Source: an uncultured Gammaproteobacteria bacterium (lineage in GTDB: Bacteria; Patescibacteriota; Patescibacteriia; XYB2-FULL-38-15). Taken from it: a stretch of DNA of 64,000 nucleotides. Under the pieces are notes generated by a model. It had not been told where the DNA came from and searched no databases. It was given only the letters and a program-made list of their open reading frames with translations. Location: positions 603,549 to 667,548 of the forward strand of contig OZ246416.1 in NCBI GenBank assembly GCA_965231095.1, read 5' to 3'. Of the stretch, positions 1-10,045 are shown one piece after another. Made by a program: the position numbers and the translations under genes. Within the stretch, counting starts at the first letter, position 1. Every line of letters starts with the position of its first letter.

Positions 1-1888
1 TCGGCGTGACCGTTATTTCAAAATTAACTCCCAAATTTTTTACATCAAGGGGCATTCTGTTTAACGTCCAGAAAACCTCCCGCGTGGCTTCGTCAAATTT
101 TAATTCGCCGGCCGTAATTTCACTCTTATTGGACCAATTAATATTCTCCGGCAAAATTGTGCTGATTTTTAAATTTTCTACTTCGTGCAAAGAGTTCGCC
201 ACCGTCCAAAAAATCCTATAGGCGGTAGTTTTTCCCACTTCCGGCGGCAGGGGACCGTTCCCCACGGCGATATTATCATCGTTAAAATACCGCGCTTCTG
301 TTTTTAAACTCAAATCACTGTTTATTTTAAAATTTATCCCATTACTTTGAATTATTTCTTCGGGGGCGTCCGTGCCATTTTTCCCAATTTTTATTTCCGC
401 TAAACTTTTAACTTCAAAATCTTTAATGCCCCAATCCTGAAATTCCGAGAATGGTTTTAACTTCAACTGGAAATTAATTGTTCCTTCCGCGCCGGGCGCC
501 AATTTCAGAAGTCCCGGAATCTGCCTTTTTGTCCAAGTAATTGTTCCCTGCCGCACTTCGGGCATCAGCTGGGTGCCCACCACTACTCCGTTATAATCAT
601 CTTTCAGGGTGGTCCAGTCCAGCATCATTTTATTATTTCGCGAAGTTGATTCAAAAACTATTTTTATTTCAATATCGGACAAATCCGTTTTATCTTTATT
701 TTGATAAACAATCGCGTAATTTAACGTATCGCCAAAATTCAGGGCGCGATCCCTTGGATCACCGTTTAAAATAAGAGTTGAAAGAATCGCTCCGGCCAAA
801 ACATTGGTTTTAAAAGAATTCTCTTTCTGCAGATAAAATTTATCATCCTTCATAAAACCAATCTGCACCCCCAACTCCCTCTCTCCCTCCGAGCTCGCGC
901 CGAACGATCCGGAAAAATTGATTTCTTTTTCCTCGCCAGGAACTGCTTCAAGAATTTCCCAGCTCGTCACCTCTTTTTCCCCCTGTTTTTCCTTGAAAGA
1001 GAAATCCGCGGGAGCAATCACGGAAATTTTTAAACCCTGGAGCGCCTCCTCCCCCGTATTTTTATATTTTATTTTAAAAGATGTTTCTTTATTGGTTAAA
1101 ACTCTCTCCGGCCCGGAAAGGGAAATATCCAAAAGAGAATTTTGTATTTTTGTCACCGCCGTCGCCACTTTTTGAAATTCAGAATTAAAATCCGCCGGCT
1201 TATAAGTCAACACCGCTCGAAGCATTTCTATCGAATCTTCCGCTCCATAAAGCGACCCACTAATTTTTATTTCTCCCCCCTTGCCCGCGGCAATACTCCC
1301 AATCTCCCAAATATTTTCTCCGTCGGAAGGCGCGGGGTCCTCGCTGCTTCGTGCGAAATCATCCGGCAGTCTGACGTTTATCTCCGCCTGGCCCAAGGGC
1401 ACGGTCTCGTTATTTTGATATTTAATTACATATTCAATCCTCTCCCCGCCCGCGGAGGTATCGGGAGAAATTATTTCTAAATTAACATTTTCTCCGCTGA
1501 AAGCCTGGCCTCGCCCAAAAAAGAAAAAACCCGCCCAAGAAAGCGCCGCGGCGGAAACCAAAAATACGAGCACTCCCGCCATAAATCTTTTTATTTTACT
1601 TTTCTTCTTATGATAAATTTTTGACATGTCTGAAATTTTTCCGTCCTGGTCTTCGTAAATTTCCCTCAACTCTTTCTCCAACTCTTTTTTGCTTAAATGT
1701 TTTTCTCTGGGTTTGGAAAGGGCTCCGCGACGAACGCCCTCAATCATCTTTACTTCTTTTCCCGCCGGTAATTCCGCCATTTCTTTCGCCGCGCCGAGCA
1801 TTTTTATCTCCTTGCTTTTCCCGCTCACAGTTTTCCCTATCACCCGACTTTTACTTTCTTTTTTCTTTTTTTCTTTTATCTCTGCCAT
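1..1888 (-). CDS. Large membrane-anchored surface protein, 3'-partial (runs off the window start). About 100 aa of cytoplasmic, Lys-rich N-terminus, one TM helix, then repeated beta-rich Ig-like/DUF11-like modules.
   Basis: Hand translation of the minus strand from the ATG at 1888 gives MAEIKEKKKKESKSRV...MAGVLVFLVSAAALSWAGFFFF(TM)...GENVNLEIISPDTSAGGERIEYVIKYQNNETVPLGQAEINVRLP... with no stop before position 1. The ORF is absent from the supplied track because it is unterminated. Repeated 'EI..A......F.I.YKN.G' modules are present. Confidence 0.55.
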   Translation of the reverse strand, partial: MAEIKEKKKKESKSRVIGKTVSGKSKEIKMLGAAKEMAELPAGKEVKMIEGVRRGALSKPREKHLSKKELEKELREIYEDQDGKISDMSKIYHKKKSKIKRFMAGVLVFLVSAAALSWAGFFFFGRGQAFSGENVNLEIISPDTSAGGERIEYVIKYQNNETVPLGQAEINVRLPDDFARSSEDPAPSDGENIWEIGSIAAGKGGEIKISGSLYGAEDSIEMLRAVLTYKPADFNSEFQKVATAVTKIQNSLLDISLSGPERVLTNKETSFKIKYKNTGEEALQGLKISVIAPADFSFKEKQGEKEVTSWEILEAVPGEEKEINFSGSFGASSEGERELGVQIGFMKDDKFYLQKENSFKTNVLAGAILSTLILNGDPRDRALNFGDTLNYAIVYQNKDKTDLSDIEIKIVFESTSRNNKMMLDWTTLKDDYNGVVVGTQLMPEVRQGTITWTKRQIPGLLKLAPGAEGTINFQLKLKPFSEFQDWGIKDFEVKSLAEIKIGKNGTDAPEEIIQSNGINFKINSDLSLKTEARYFNDDNIAVGNGPLPPEVGKTTAYRIFWTVANSLHEVENLKISTILPENINWSNKSEITAGELKFDEATREVFWTLNRMPLDVKNLGVNFEITVTP

Positions 1889-1918
1889 ATTTAAAATTTA
1901 ATTATTTTTAAAAATTAT

Positions 1919-4255
1919 TTATTTTGCTGAAGTAAAACCAAACAAATAAAATCTGTCTGAATCAAGCGCACTCTCCGATTCTATTGCCGCCGCGCCAACC
2001 TTAACCCCGTTTCCCGACTGCCAGGCCGGCTGCCATCCCTTGGGAAAAGTTAAACTGTTGGTAAAAGTCGACAATACGCCTGACTGCTTTTGCACAAGTA
2101 ATTGATAGGTGGCGGCAGGATTTTTTTTCTCTCCAAACTTTTCTTGAATCCCGTCCAACCAATTTTTTTCCGCCACCGGAAGAGAAATTCTAAAAGGCAA
2201 AATATATTCCAGAGTAACCACCCCCGTCTCGCCCGGATCAACTTGAACCCAATTTCCAAAAACCGTTTTCCCAGATTCATTTGTTATCGTTGTTCCGGTC
2301 GTCGCATCAATTAAGGCATTTTTTTCGCTATTTTCAACATCTAAATCCACCCCAAAATCACTCTCCGGTTTTTCAAACAAATTCTCCGGGGGAGCTTCAA
2401 AGCCCGCGGCGTAAATCAAGGTACTGCCAAGCGGCGCATAAACCCGAAGATAATCAACATTTCTGACGCCCGTAAATAATTCCCTTTTTATTCCTTCGTG
2501 CGCCCTCGTGATTGTCAATTTATTTTTAACATAACCGCCCTCAACAATATTTGTCTCGAGATTGATTGTCTGTTTTATCACCCGATCGGTTTTTTGTCCG
2601 GCGATATTGGTATTAACTACGGCTAGATAATCAGTTTCTTCCGGGACAAATTTCACTTCCCCGCCCCAATCAAAATTTTTAATTTCATGCTCTATTTCCG
2701 GCGAAGTGGAATATAATAAAATATTTTTTTGACCAAGTGCCCGGAGAAGTACCGCTAAAATTTCCCCGAACTGTTTCGGCTCGGCGGCAAATAATTTAGC
2801 CAGGAGCTTCGGCGCCATATCGCTTAAAATTTTCTTTGGCTTATTTTCCACCTTGTCATATTCCATCTCCACCGCTTTTTGAATTTCATCAATAAAATTC
2901 TCTTTACTCAAAATTTTTCCGTATTCCGGCATTTCAATCGGTCCGACAATAGCCAGAAAATCGGCAACCAAATCAGCGTTCAAAGCAATAACTCCATCCA
3001 CGGTTGGCCCGCCGCTTTTTTCATAAAACCATTTTATTTTTTGCGCCGAAGTCGGAAAATCAAAAAACCAATTTGCGTCCTGAAGCTGCCACCTGGCATT
3101 CACGAGCCCAAGCGGTTCGGGCGCCGCGACGCGTTCCCGAAGCGACCCTTGAAAATCATAAGATCCTCCACCCGGCACTTCCATATTTTTTATTTCTCCC
3201 TGCCGGAAATCAACCAGGGCCAAACTTCCAATAAATCCGCCGGTCGGCCGAATTTCCCCCGGATTTTGAAAAACCACCAAATATCTTTTATCCATTTCAT
3301 CTCCTAAAAATTTTACCATCAAATCGGAAACTGAAATTAAATTTTTTATTCCGGAAACAAGTTGCGGCAATTTTCCTTGCAAAATTTGGAAGGCTTCTCG
3401 CTTATCCTCGGGTACAGATAAAATTTTTACGGCATAAATTTTGTCTGAAGAGGCCGCCACCTCCGGCAAGATTGCCGCCAAATCATCTCTTAAAATTTTT
3501 AACTTTTCTGTTAATTTTTTACCTCCTTCTTTCGCGGAAAAATCGGCCAAACTTCTTAAAACTTTTTCTCCGGCTGACGTTAATTTTTCCCCGGCAAAAA
3601 GCAGCGCCTCGCCTGCCTCAAGCTTTTCCCCCTCGCCCGGCATCGCCCTAAGAAGATTTAAAACTGTAGAATTAATTTGATTAATTTCCTCTCCCGAACG
3701 GGAAAAAGCGCGCGCCGCCTGGCCAAATTCATCTGCCGCGCCGGAAAAATCAGCGCTGGAAATTTTAACTCCTCCCGCCGACAAATTCGCGTAGGCTTCC
3801 TCTGCTGTTTGAAGCGTCAATTCTTCGGTTTTTTTCAATGATTCATAATAAGAAAAAGTTTGGAGAGGCAAAATAAAAAGAAAAGCCAAGGCTCCAAAGC
3901 TCAATAATTTTTTACAATCAGCCAGGGCAAACCTTAAAAATTTTAAAAATCTGGGGATCGCTAAAAACGCCAGGCCAATACTTTGAAATATTTTTTTTGG
4001 ACCGTAAAAAAATAAATTTTTAAGAATTTTTGTAAAAGCGATTCTCGCGCGGACAAAAGTCAGCCGGCTGATCCTCGCGCGGGAAACCGGCGGCATAACT
4101 TTCGCGGCCGCTTTCGGCTCCTCGTCTCGCGCCACTAGAACTTTTTTCGCCATCACTTTTTTCAAATCTAAAACGTGCGGCGACGAATGTTCGCCAAGGT
4201 GCGGCGTGCTCCTCGCCTCCAAAACTTTTTCTATTTTTTTATTTTTTGCCAGCAT
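1919..4255 (-). CDS. DUF4012-like envelope-associated protein. N-terminal TM helix, then a large extracytoplasmic domain.
   Basis: 778-aa ORF. It has an N-terminal hydrophobic segment (IGLAFLAIPRFLKFLRF...ALAFLFILPL) and the segment 'DGVIALNADLVADFLAIVGPIEMP', which I recall as characteristic of DUF4012 proteins found beside glycan clusters. It sits directly beside the GT4/sugar-transferase cluster. Confidence 0.55.
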   Translation of the reverse strand: MLAKNKKIEKVLEARSTPHLGEHSSPHVLDLKKVMAKKVLVARDEEPKAAAKVMPPVSRARISRLTFVRARIAFTKILKNLFFYGPKKIFQSIGLAFLAIPRFLKFLRFALADCKKLLSFGALAFLFILPLQTFSYYESLKKTEELTLQTAEEAYANLSAGGVKISSADFSGAADEFGQAARAFSRSGEEINQINSTVLNLLRAMPGEGEKLEAGEALLFAGEKLTSAGEKVLRSLADFSAKEGGKKLTEKLKILRDDLAAILPEVAASSDKIYAVKILSVPEDKREAFQILQGKLPQLVSGIKNLISVSDLMVKFLGDEMDKRYLVVFQNPGEIRPTGGFIGSLALVDFRQGEIKNMEVPGGGSYDFQGSLRERVAAPEPLGLVNARWQLQDANWFFDFPTSAQKIKWFYEKSGGPTVDGVIALNADLVADFLAIVGPIEMPEYGKILSKENFIDEIQKAVEMEYDKVENKPKKILSDMAPKLLAKLFAAEPKQFGEILAVLLRALGQKNILLYSTSPEIEHEIKNFDWGGEVKFVPEETDYLAVVNTNIAGQKTDRVIKQTINLETNIVEGGYVKNKLTITRAHEGIKRELFTGVRNVDYLRVYAPLGSTLIYAAGFEAPPENLFEKPESDFGVDLDVENSEKNALIDATTGTTITNESGKTVFGNWVQVDPGETGVVTLEYILPFRISLPVAEKNWLDGIQEKFGEKKNPAATYQLLVQKQSGVLSTFTNSLTFPKGWQPAWQSGNGVKVGAAAIESESALDSDRFYLFGFTSAK

Positions 4256-5363
4256 CTTGGTAAATTCGTAAAGTTTCTTCTGCTAGCCTCCCCCAATTAT
4301 ATTTTTTAACTTGCTCCAATCCTAATTTTATTAAATTTTCCCGTGTTGGCTCGTCTGTCCAAACAAATTTTATTTTTTCTATCATGTCCCGCTCATCTTT
4401 CGGATCAAAATAAATCGCGGCTTCACCATAAATTTCCGGAAGGCACGATGAGCTTGACGCGACCACCGGCAGGCCATAACTCATGGCTTCAAGGCCAGGC
4501 AGGCCGAATCCTTCCACAAACGACGGAAAAACATAAACCCGAGCATTGCGGTAAAGATCCGCCAAAATCGCTTCGGAAACAAAATCCGTGAAAATTATAT
4601 TTTTACCAATCTCCGTCTCCCATATTTCCTCCTTCATTCTTTTATAGAAATAATCTTCTTTGCCAACTAAAACCAGCTGGCAGTTTAAATTTAATTTAGG
4701 AAAAATTTTTAGCAGTCCTTCCAAATTTTTGTGCGGATAAGCATTGCCGACATAAAGAAGATACGGTTTTGTGATCCCAAATTTAGCTAAGTGCTTCCTC
4801 TCCGGCATTTTCAATTGGCCGTATTCCACTCCGTCACAAGCCTCGCGGGTCACCTCTATTTTTTCCGGATTTATTTTGAAAAATTTTACTAATTCTTTTT
4901 TTGTACATTCGGAAACGGTAATAACTTTTTTCGCCCGCCGGAGACCGAGGCCAATCACTATTCTGTACGCCAGATATTTTATTTTATAAAGTAATGGCCC
5001 AAGCGTTGTCGCCCGCGGTGTAGGAAATTGTAATAAAATCAGATCATGAATTGTCGCGACAAATTTTGTCGGACAAAAAATAGGAATGTTAAAGTGCGGA
5101 AAGTGGACAAGATCTAATTTTTCTTGCCAAATTACGAACGGCATTGCGACTTGTTCTTTTAAACTATACCAGGGATAATCGGCTAAAACTTTTTTGAAAT
5201 TGGAAAGTTTGGGAGTGTAGTAATCCCAGTTTTCTTTTCGTAAAAAAATTATGTATTCATTTTTTTTGTCTAACTTTTCCAGGTTTTCCACTAGCCGCTC
5301 CACATATCTGCCTAAACCCTTCCCAACTGGACCGAAAAAGCGCGCGTCTATTCCAATTCTCAT
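4239..5363 (-). CDS. Glycosyltransferase family 4 (GT-B fold).
   Basis: C-terminal motif EGFGLPGLEAMSYGLPVVASSSSCLPEIYGEAAIYFDP (the GT4 E-x7-E region). The N-terminus is MRIGIDARFF. The track ORF extends to 5429, but the conserved start is the internal Met whose start codon is at 5363. Confidence 0.8.
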   Translation of the reverse strand: MRIGIDARFFGPVGKGLGRYVERLVENLEKLDKKNEYIIFLRKENWDYYTPKLSNFKKVLADYPWYSLKEQVAMPFVIWQEKLDLVHFPHFNIPIFCPTKFVATIHDLILLQFPTPRATTLGPLLYKIKYLAYRIVIGLGLRRAKKVITVSECTKKELVKFFKINPEKIEVTREACDGVEYGQLKMPERKHLAKFGITKPYLLYVGNAYPHKNLEGLLKIFPKLNLNCQLVLVGKEDYFYKRMKEEIWETEIGKNIIFTDFVSEAILADLYRNARVYVFPSFVEGFGLPGLEAMSYGLPVVASSSSCLPEIYGEAAIYFDPKDERDMIEKIKFVWTDEPTRENLIKLGLEQVKKYNWGRLAEETLRIYQDAGKK

Positions 5364-5567
5364 GACGTGATAATTAAATAATAGTCTGCAGTCTGTATAA
5401 CTTTTTTTTCCACGTCTCGCCCCGTACAAAGTAAAGGTGTTTTTCTGTTTTACGCATCGCCTCTCGTTATAGATAATCGCTCCGCCGGAATTATCAATTT
5501 ACTTAAACTTTGTGTGGGGTCAATGCCTATCTTCATATACATTATTATAGCAAAAAAACGTCTACAA

Positions 5568-5590
5568 GTAAAAGAGGGCCGCAATGGCCC
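5568..5590 (-). terminator. Rho-independent terminator-like hairpin between the two GT4 genes.
   Basis: On the minus strand, AGAGGGCC-attgc-GGCCCTCT is a perfect 8-bp stem followed by TTTT. Confidence 0.4.
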
Positions 5591-5619
5591 TCTATCCTAA
5601 AACACTTATGCTAAAAACA

Positions 5620-6774
5620 CTAACTGATTAATAACAAAAATTGACGCGCACAATCCTCCCAATTGAATTTTTCCGCTTGCTTTTTTCCTTTTTCAATCAA
5701 GTTCGCCCGAAAATTTTCATTGGTCAAGCATTGCTCCATGGCTTTTGCCATTTCCGCCGGGTTATTTGGATCAACCAAGAACGCCGCCTCACCCATTACT
5801 TCCGGAAGAGATGAATTCGTGCTGACAACAACCGGTGTCCCGGCTCGGGCGGCCTCAAGCGGGGGAAATCCAAATCCTTCATAAAATGAAGGGTAAACAA
5901 AAAGCCGTGCCAATTTATAAAAATATTTTTTTTCTTCCGGCGCGATGTAATCTATAAATTTTATATCATCGCGCGCCGGACTTTTTTTTGCCCGCGCCAA
6001 AATTTTTTTATAAAGCCAGCCGCGCGGACCGACAATCAATAATTTTAGATTTACGATTTCAGATTTTTGATTTCCCCTCAAAATTTCAAAAGCGCGAACT
6101 AATCCTTCAATATTTTTTCTCGGCTCAAGCGTCCCTAAAAACAAAATAAAATTATTCGGCAAATTATATTTTTTTCTAATTTTATCAATTCCCAATTCAT
6201 CATTCACGATTTCTAATTCCCGTCCCACTCCGGAATAAATAACCCCCACTTTTTCCACCGGCACACCATATAATTTGACCAAATCATTTTTAGTATTTTC
6301 CGAAACAGAAATAATTTTGTCCGCGCCGCAAATTATCTTTTGGGGATTGACAAACCAATGCCACAGTCGCCGTTTCCAGGAAAAAAATCTTGGAAAAAAT
6401 TCAAAAGATAGATCATGAACCGTGATCATTTTTTTAACTCCGCGCGATAAAGCTATAAAATTTAGATTTGGAATAAAAAATAAATCAATTTTATCTTTTA
6501 GTAATATCATCTTATCAACTTTTGGCCACTTCAAAAATTTAAAACAAAAATTCAATAACTTATTTGGCCAACGAAATCCGCAAAGACGAACATTAGAATT
6601 TTTTTTCCACTCCCCCAGAAAGTCTTCCTCAACTTTTTTCCAAGAATTATAAAAAAGGAAATAATTATTTTCTTTATCAATACAAAAAAGAGCGTCGAGA
6701 ATCTGATAAGTATATTCTCCGACGCCGCTTCTTTCTTTTTCTAAAAGCGATCTGATGTCAACGCCGATATTCAT
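5620..6774 (-). CDS. Glycosyltransferase family 4.
   Basis: 384 aa. MNIGVDIRSL..., with C-terminal EGFGFPPLEAARAGTPVVVSTNSSLPEVMGEAAFLVDP. Confidence 0.8.
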   Translation of the reverse strand: MNIGVDIRSLLEKERSGVGEYTYQILDALFCIDKENNYFLFYNSWKKVEEDFLGEWKKNSNVRLCGFRWPNKLLNFCFKFLKWPKVDKMILLKDKIDLFFIPNLNFIALSRGVKKMITVHDLSFEFFPRFFSWKRRLWHWFVNPQKIICGADKIISVSENTKNDLVKLYGVPVEKVGVIYSGVGRELEIVNDELGIDKIRKKYNLPNNFILFLGTLEPRKNIEGLVRAFEILRGNQKSEIVNLKLLIVGPRGWLYKKILARAKKSPARDDIKFIDYIAPEEKKYFYKLARLFVYPSFYEGFGFPPLEAARAGTPVVVSTNSSLPEVMGEAAFLVDPNNPAEMAKAMEQCLTNENFRANLIEKGKKQAEKFNWEDCARQFLLLIS

Positions 6775-6844
6775 AAAAGTCTCTTGTAGCTTTGTATGCG
6801 GTATTTTGTATTTTCAATAAATGCCAGATACAAAACACTATATA

Positions 6845-7948
6845 CTAAACACGCTGCTCTAGCTCTCTCCAGCTATTTTCTATATAATTTTTTATTTTTT
6901 CCTTAAAGGCGCCCACATCAAACTGCGCCGCGTGCGCCCGAATTTCTTCCGGATTATATTCTTCCGGCTTGAATCTGATAATCGTATGCGCGAGCGACTC
7001 CCAGCTCTGATCCGGAAAAAAAGTTCCGGTTTTCCCCTCCACCACCGTTTCCGCCGCCCCACCCTTTGGGTAAGCAATCACCGGCCGCCCGGAAGCCATG
7101 GCCTCAATCACCATTAATCCAAAATCTTCTTCCTGCGGATGGACAAAGGCAATACACTTTCCATATAATTCCCTTTTCTCAACGTCCGAAATTTTTCCCA
7201 AAAATTCAATGTTAGCCTTTGCCATTTCTTTCAATTTTTCAAGTTCCGGACCCTCTCCAAAAATTTTTAAAGGAACGCCAAGTTTATTAAAAGCCTGAAT
7301 TACAAGATCAAATCTCTTATAAGGAACAAGCCGCCCGCCGGCCAAGTAATACCTTTTTTGCGCTTCAGAAATTTTAAATTGTGAAACGTCAACCGGCGGA
7401 TAAATTACGTCGCTGTCCTTTCCATAATATTTAGAAATTCTTTTTTGCACGGTTTTTGAATTGGCGATAAATTTATCAACCCGCTCGGCCGCCATCCTAT
7501 CCCACATTCTAAGGCGCGGCAGCATCAATGACACCGCCCTTTTTACAAGCGACCCATGCGATAATTCTTTTATATAAAGATGCGTGTCGGTCCAAAGATA
7601 TCTTGTCGGCGTATGGCAATAACAAATATGCAGCGCGTCCGGCCGCGTAATTACGCCCTTGGAAAGCGCGCTTGAGTTTGAAAGAACAACATCATAACCG
7701 TCAAGTTCATGCTTTTCCGTAGCAAGCGGCATCAGAGGCAAAAACCATTTAAAATTTTTTACTCCGCCGGGAATTTTTTGAATAAAAGATGTTTTAACAT
7801 TTTTCCCGTCAAACTCCTTGCCCATTTTTTTCTTATCATAAACCAGGGAGTAAAGCGGAGCCTCCGGAAAAATTTCTCGGAAAACCCTAAGCACTCTTTC
7901 CGCCCCTCCGTCTTGCGTCAAGTGATCGTGGACTAAAGCGATTTTCAT
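6845..7948 (-). CDS. Glycosyltransferase family 4.
   Basis: 367 aa. MKIALVHDHL..., with EDFGLMVIEAMASGRPVIAYPKGGAAETVVEGKTGTFF. Confidence 0.8.
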   Translation of the reverse strand: MKIALVHDHLTQDGGAERVLRVFREIFPEAPLYSLVYDKKKMGKEFDGKNVKTSFIQKIPGGVKNFKWFLPLMPLATEKHELDGYDVVLSNSSALSKGVITRPDALHICYCHTPTRYLWTDTHLYIKELSHGSLVKRAVSLMLPRLRMWDRMAAERVDKFIANSKTVQKRISKYYGKDSDVIYPPVDVSQFKISEAQKRYYLAGGRLVPYKRFDLVIQAFNKLGVPLKIFGEGPELEKLKEMAKANIEFLGKISDVEKRELYGKCIAFVHPQEEDFGLMVIEAMASGRPVIAYPKGGAAETVVEGKTGTFFPDQSWESLAHTIIRFKPEEYNPEEIRAHAAQFDVGAFKEKIKNYIENSWRELEQRV

Positions 7949-7965
7949 ACTGAGTCTACTGAATT

Positions 7966-9378
7966 TTATTTTGCTCCTTTCCCAAAAAACACTACGAGCG
8001 GCGTTTTAAACAAAATATATAAATCAAGCTTCAATGACCAATTTTCAATGTAGTACGCGTCAATTTTCACCTCTTCTTCAAAATCAAGATCGGCGCGACC
8101 GGAGATCTGGGCGAGCCCGGTAATGCCCGGCCTCACAATCAAAACTTTTTTATGATGTTTTTTATATCTTGCCACTTCCTCCGGCAAATGCGGCCGCGGA
8201 CCGACCAAGCTCATCTTGCCGGTCAAAACTAAAAAGAATTCCGGCAGTTCATCAATGCTAAAGCGTCGGATAAATTTTCCCACGCGCGTCACCCGCGGAT
8301 CATCTTTAATTTTAACCAACGGCCCTTTTCTAAAATCTTGCTCGGCCAACTCGGTATAGCGCAAATTGTGAGTCCCTGGCTTCATGGACCGAAATTTAAA
8401 ATAATGAAACGGCTCGCCGTGCTGTCCAACTCTTTGAACTGCCGAGCCATCGTCCAATTTACTCCAAAAAATCGGGCCGCGAGAATCCAGCTTGATAGCA
8501 ATGGCCGTAAGGATCATAATCGGCGACGCGAGGATTATTAAAATCAAAGAACCAACAATATCAAAAATCCTTTTATAAACTCTTCCCCATCCTTCAAGCC
8601 GAGTTCTTTTAACTTCCGCCACCGGCACGCCGGCGTAATCGCGGATATCAATTTTTGCCGCTTGCACGGAAAAAATGTCGGCCGAATATTTAAAGACAAG
8701 ATGATGTTCGTTGCAAAAATCTATCAAGCTCAAAGTTTCTTCTCGGCTCGCTCCGCCTTGCGATAGAATTATTTCATCAACTCCAACCGCCCGGCTGATT
8801 TCTTCCAATTCTTTCGCCGCCGCGTCGTCAAATTTTTTATATCGCTTGATAACTTTTAAACCAAGCCCGGAGTTTTTAAAAAATTCATTAACCAAAATGT
8901 CAGCGGCCCGATCTTCGCCGATGATCACAACTCGGTGGACACCAACGCCTCGGCGGAAAAGCGCCCGTTGGATAAAGCGAACTGCCAGCCGGCCAAAACT
9001 CACAAAAATAATCGCGAAAATCCAGGCGGCCAAAATTATAAATCGGGAAGAAAATAATTCTCGGTTAAAAAAAACTAAAACAATGATAGCGGCAAGGCCC
9101 GCGGAACAGGCGACAAAAATTTTTGTGAGTTCATCTAAAATCCGCCGCGTACCGCCAATCGTGTAAAGCCCGGTTAAAGCAAAAATAACAAGCCAAATAA
9201 CAGCCATGCTTGCCGCGATATTCAAAAAATTCCAAAAAGGCATTTCGTAAATTACCGGACTAAATTGCGCCAAGGTTTGGAATCTTAAAAAATAAGCAGC
9301 CAGGGCTGCCAAAATAAGCATTATAAAATCCAGCGGAACTAAAATTACGGAAAAAATTAATTCTGATTTTTTGAGCAT
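7966..9378 (-). CDS. Polyprenyl-phosphate sugar phosphotransferase (WbaP/CpsE-like priming glycosyltransferase, bacterial sugar transferase family).
   Basis: 470 aa. It has N-terminal TM helices and a C-terminal domain with KRIFDIVGSLILIIL...DSRGPIFWSKL...FKFRSM...MSLVGPRPHLPEEV...GITGLAQISGR. Confidence 0.85.
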   Translation of the reverse strand: MLKKSELIFSVILVPLDFIMLILAALAAYFLRFQTLAQFSPVIYEMPFWNFLNIAASMAVIWLVIFALTGLYTIGGTRRILDELTKIFVACSAGLAAIIVLVFFNRELFSSRFIILAAWIFAIIFVSFGRLAVRFIQRALFRRGVGVHRVVIIGEDRAADILVNEFFKNSGLGLKVIKRYKKFDDAAAKELEEISRAVGVDEIILSQGGASREETLSLIDFCNEHHLVFKYSADIFSVQAAKIDIRDYAGVPVAEVKRTRLEGWGRVYKRIFDIVGSLILIILASPIMILTAIAIKLDSRGPIFWSKLDDGSAVQRVGQHGEPFHYFKFRSMKPGTHNLRYTELAEQDFRKGPLVKIKDDPRVTRVGKFIRRFSIDELPEFFLVLTGKMSLVGPRPHLPEEVARYKKHHKKVLIVRPGITGLAQISGRADLDFEEEVKIDAYYIENWSLKLDLYILFKTPLVVFFGKGAK

Positions 9379-9411
9379 ATATATTAGGTAACAAATGTGA
9401 TCCCCTAAAAT

Positions 9412-9846
9412 TTACCCGAGTAACTATAAGCCGGATTCTGTATCTCGCAGTGATGCGAGACGGTAATCATCTATCTAGGATTTTGATTGCTCAAAATCTC
9501 GAGCGGCTATTTTTGGCCTTGCACCGGATAGGTGTTTTCCACGGCGCCTGTCACCAGGCTGTCCCGCGTGAGCTCTTACCTCACGATTTCAACCTTACCT
9601 CCGCCTTTCGGCGGATCGGCGGTGTATTTTCTGTTGCACTGTCCGTGGGCTTCATTAATTGATGTTCGATTAAGCTCTATCCGCCGCGTAAACGGCAAAT
9701 ATAGCACAAACAACAAAACTTACTCCCCGTCGCTGTTAGCGACTATCTCTCTTTCGGCTTTATGCCGAAACGGTGTCCGGACTTTCCTCTCTCTTTTCCC
9801 CGATTTTAAACGGAAAAATGAGAGCGATTACCCATTACTCGGATAA
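9412..9846 (-). ncRNA. rnpB: RNase P RNA, bacterial type.
   Basis: The minus strand carries the universally conserved P4 elements GAGAGGAAAGTCCGGAC (5' region) and ACAGAATCCGGCTTAT (3' region). The 5' and 3' ends can pair as P1 (CCGAGTAA / TTACTCGG). No protein ORF is present. Confidence 0.7.
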
Positions 9847-10045
9847 ATTTTAAGGTACCAAGTTGATATATTAAGATATCATAATTTTCCTATCTTGTCA
9901 ATGCTCATGTGAGCAATAACCTCCCCGCAACCGCTTTAATTTTCAATTATCAATTTACAATTATCAATCAAGTCCTAATTTTCCAATTTCCAGTTTTGAA
10001 CATTAAGTCATTTGAAAATTGATCCTTGGAAATTGAAAATTATTT

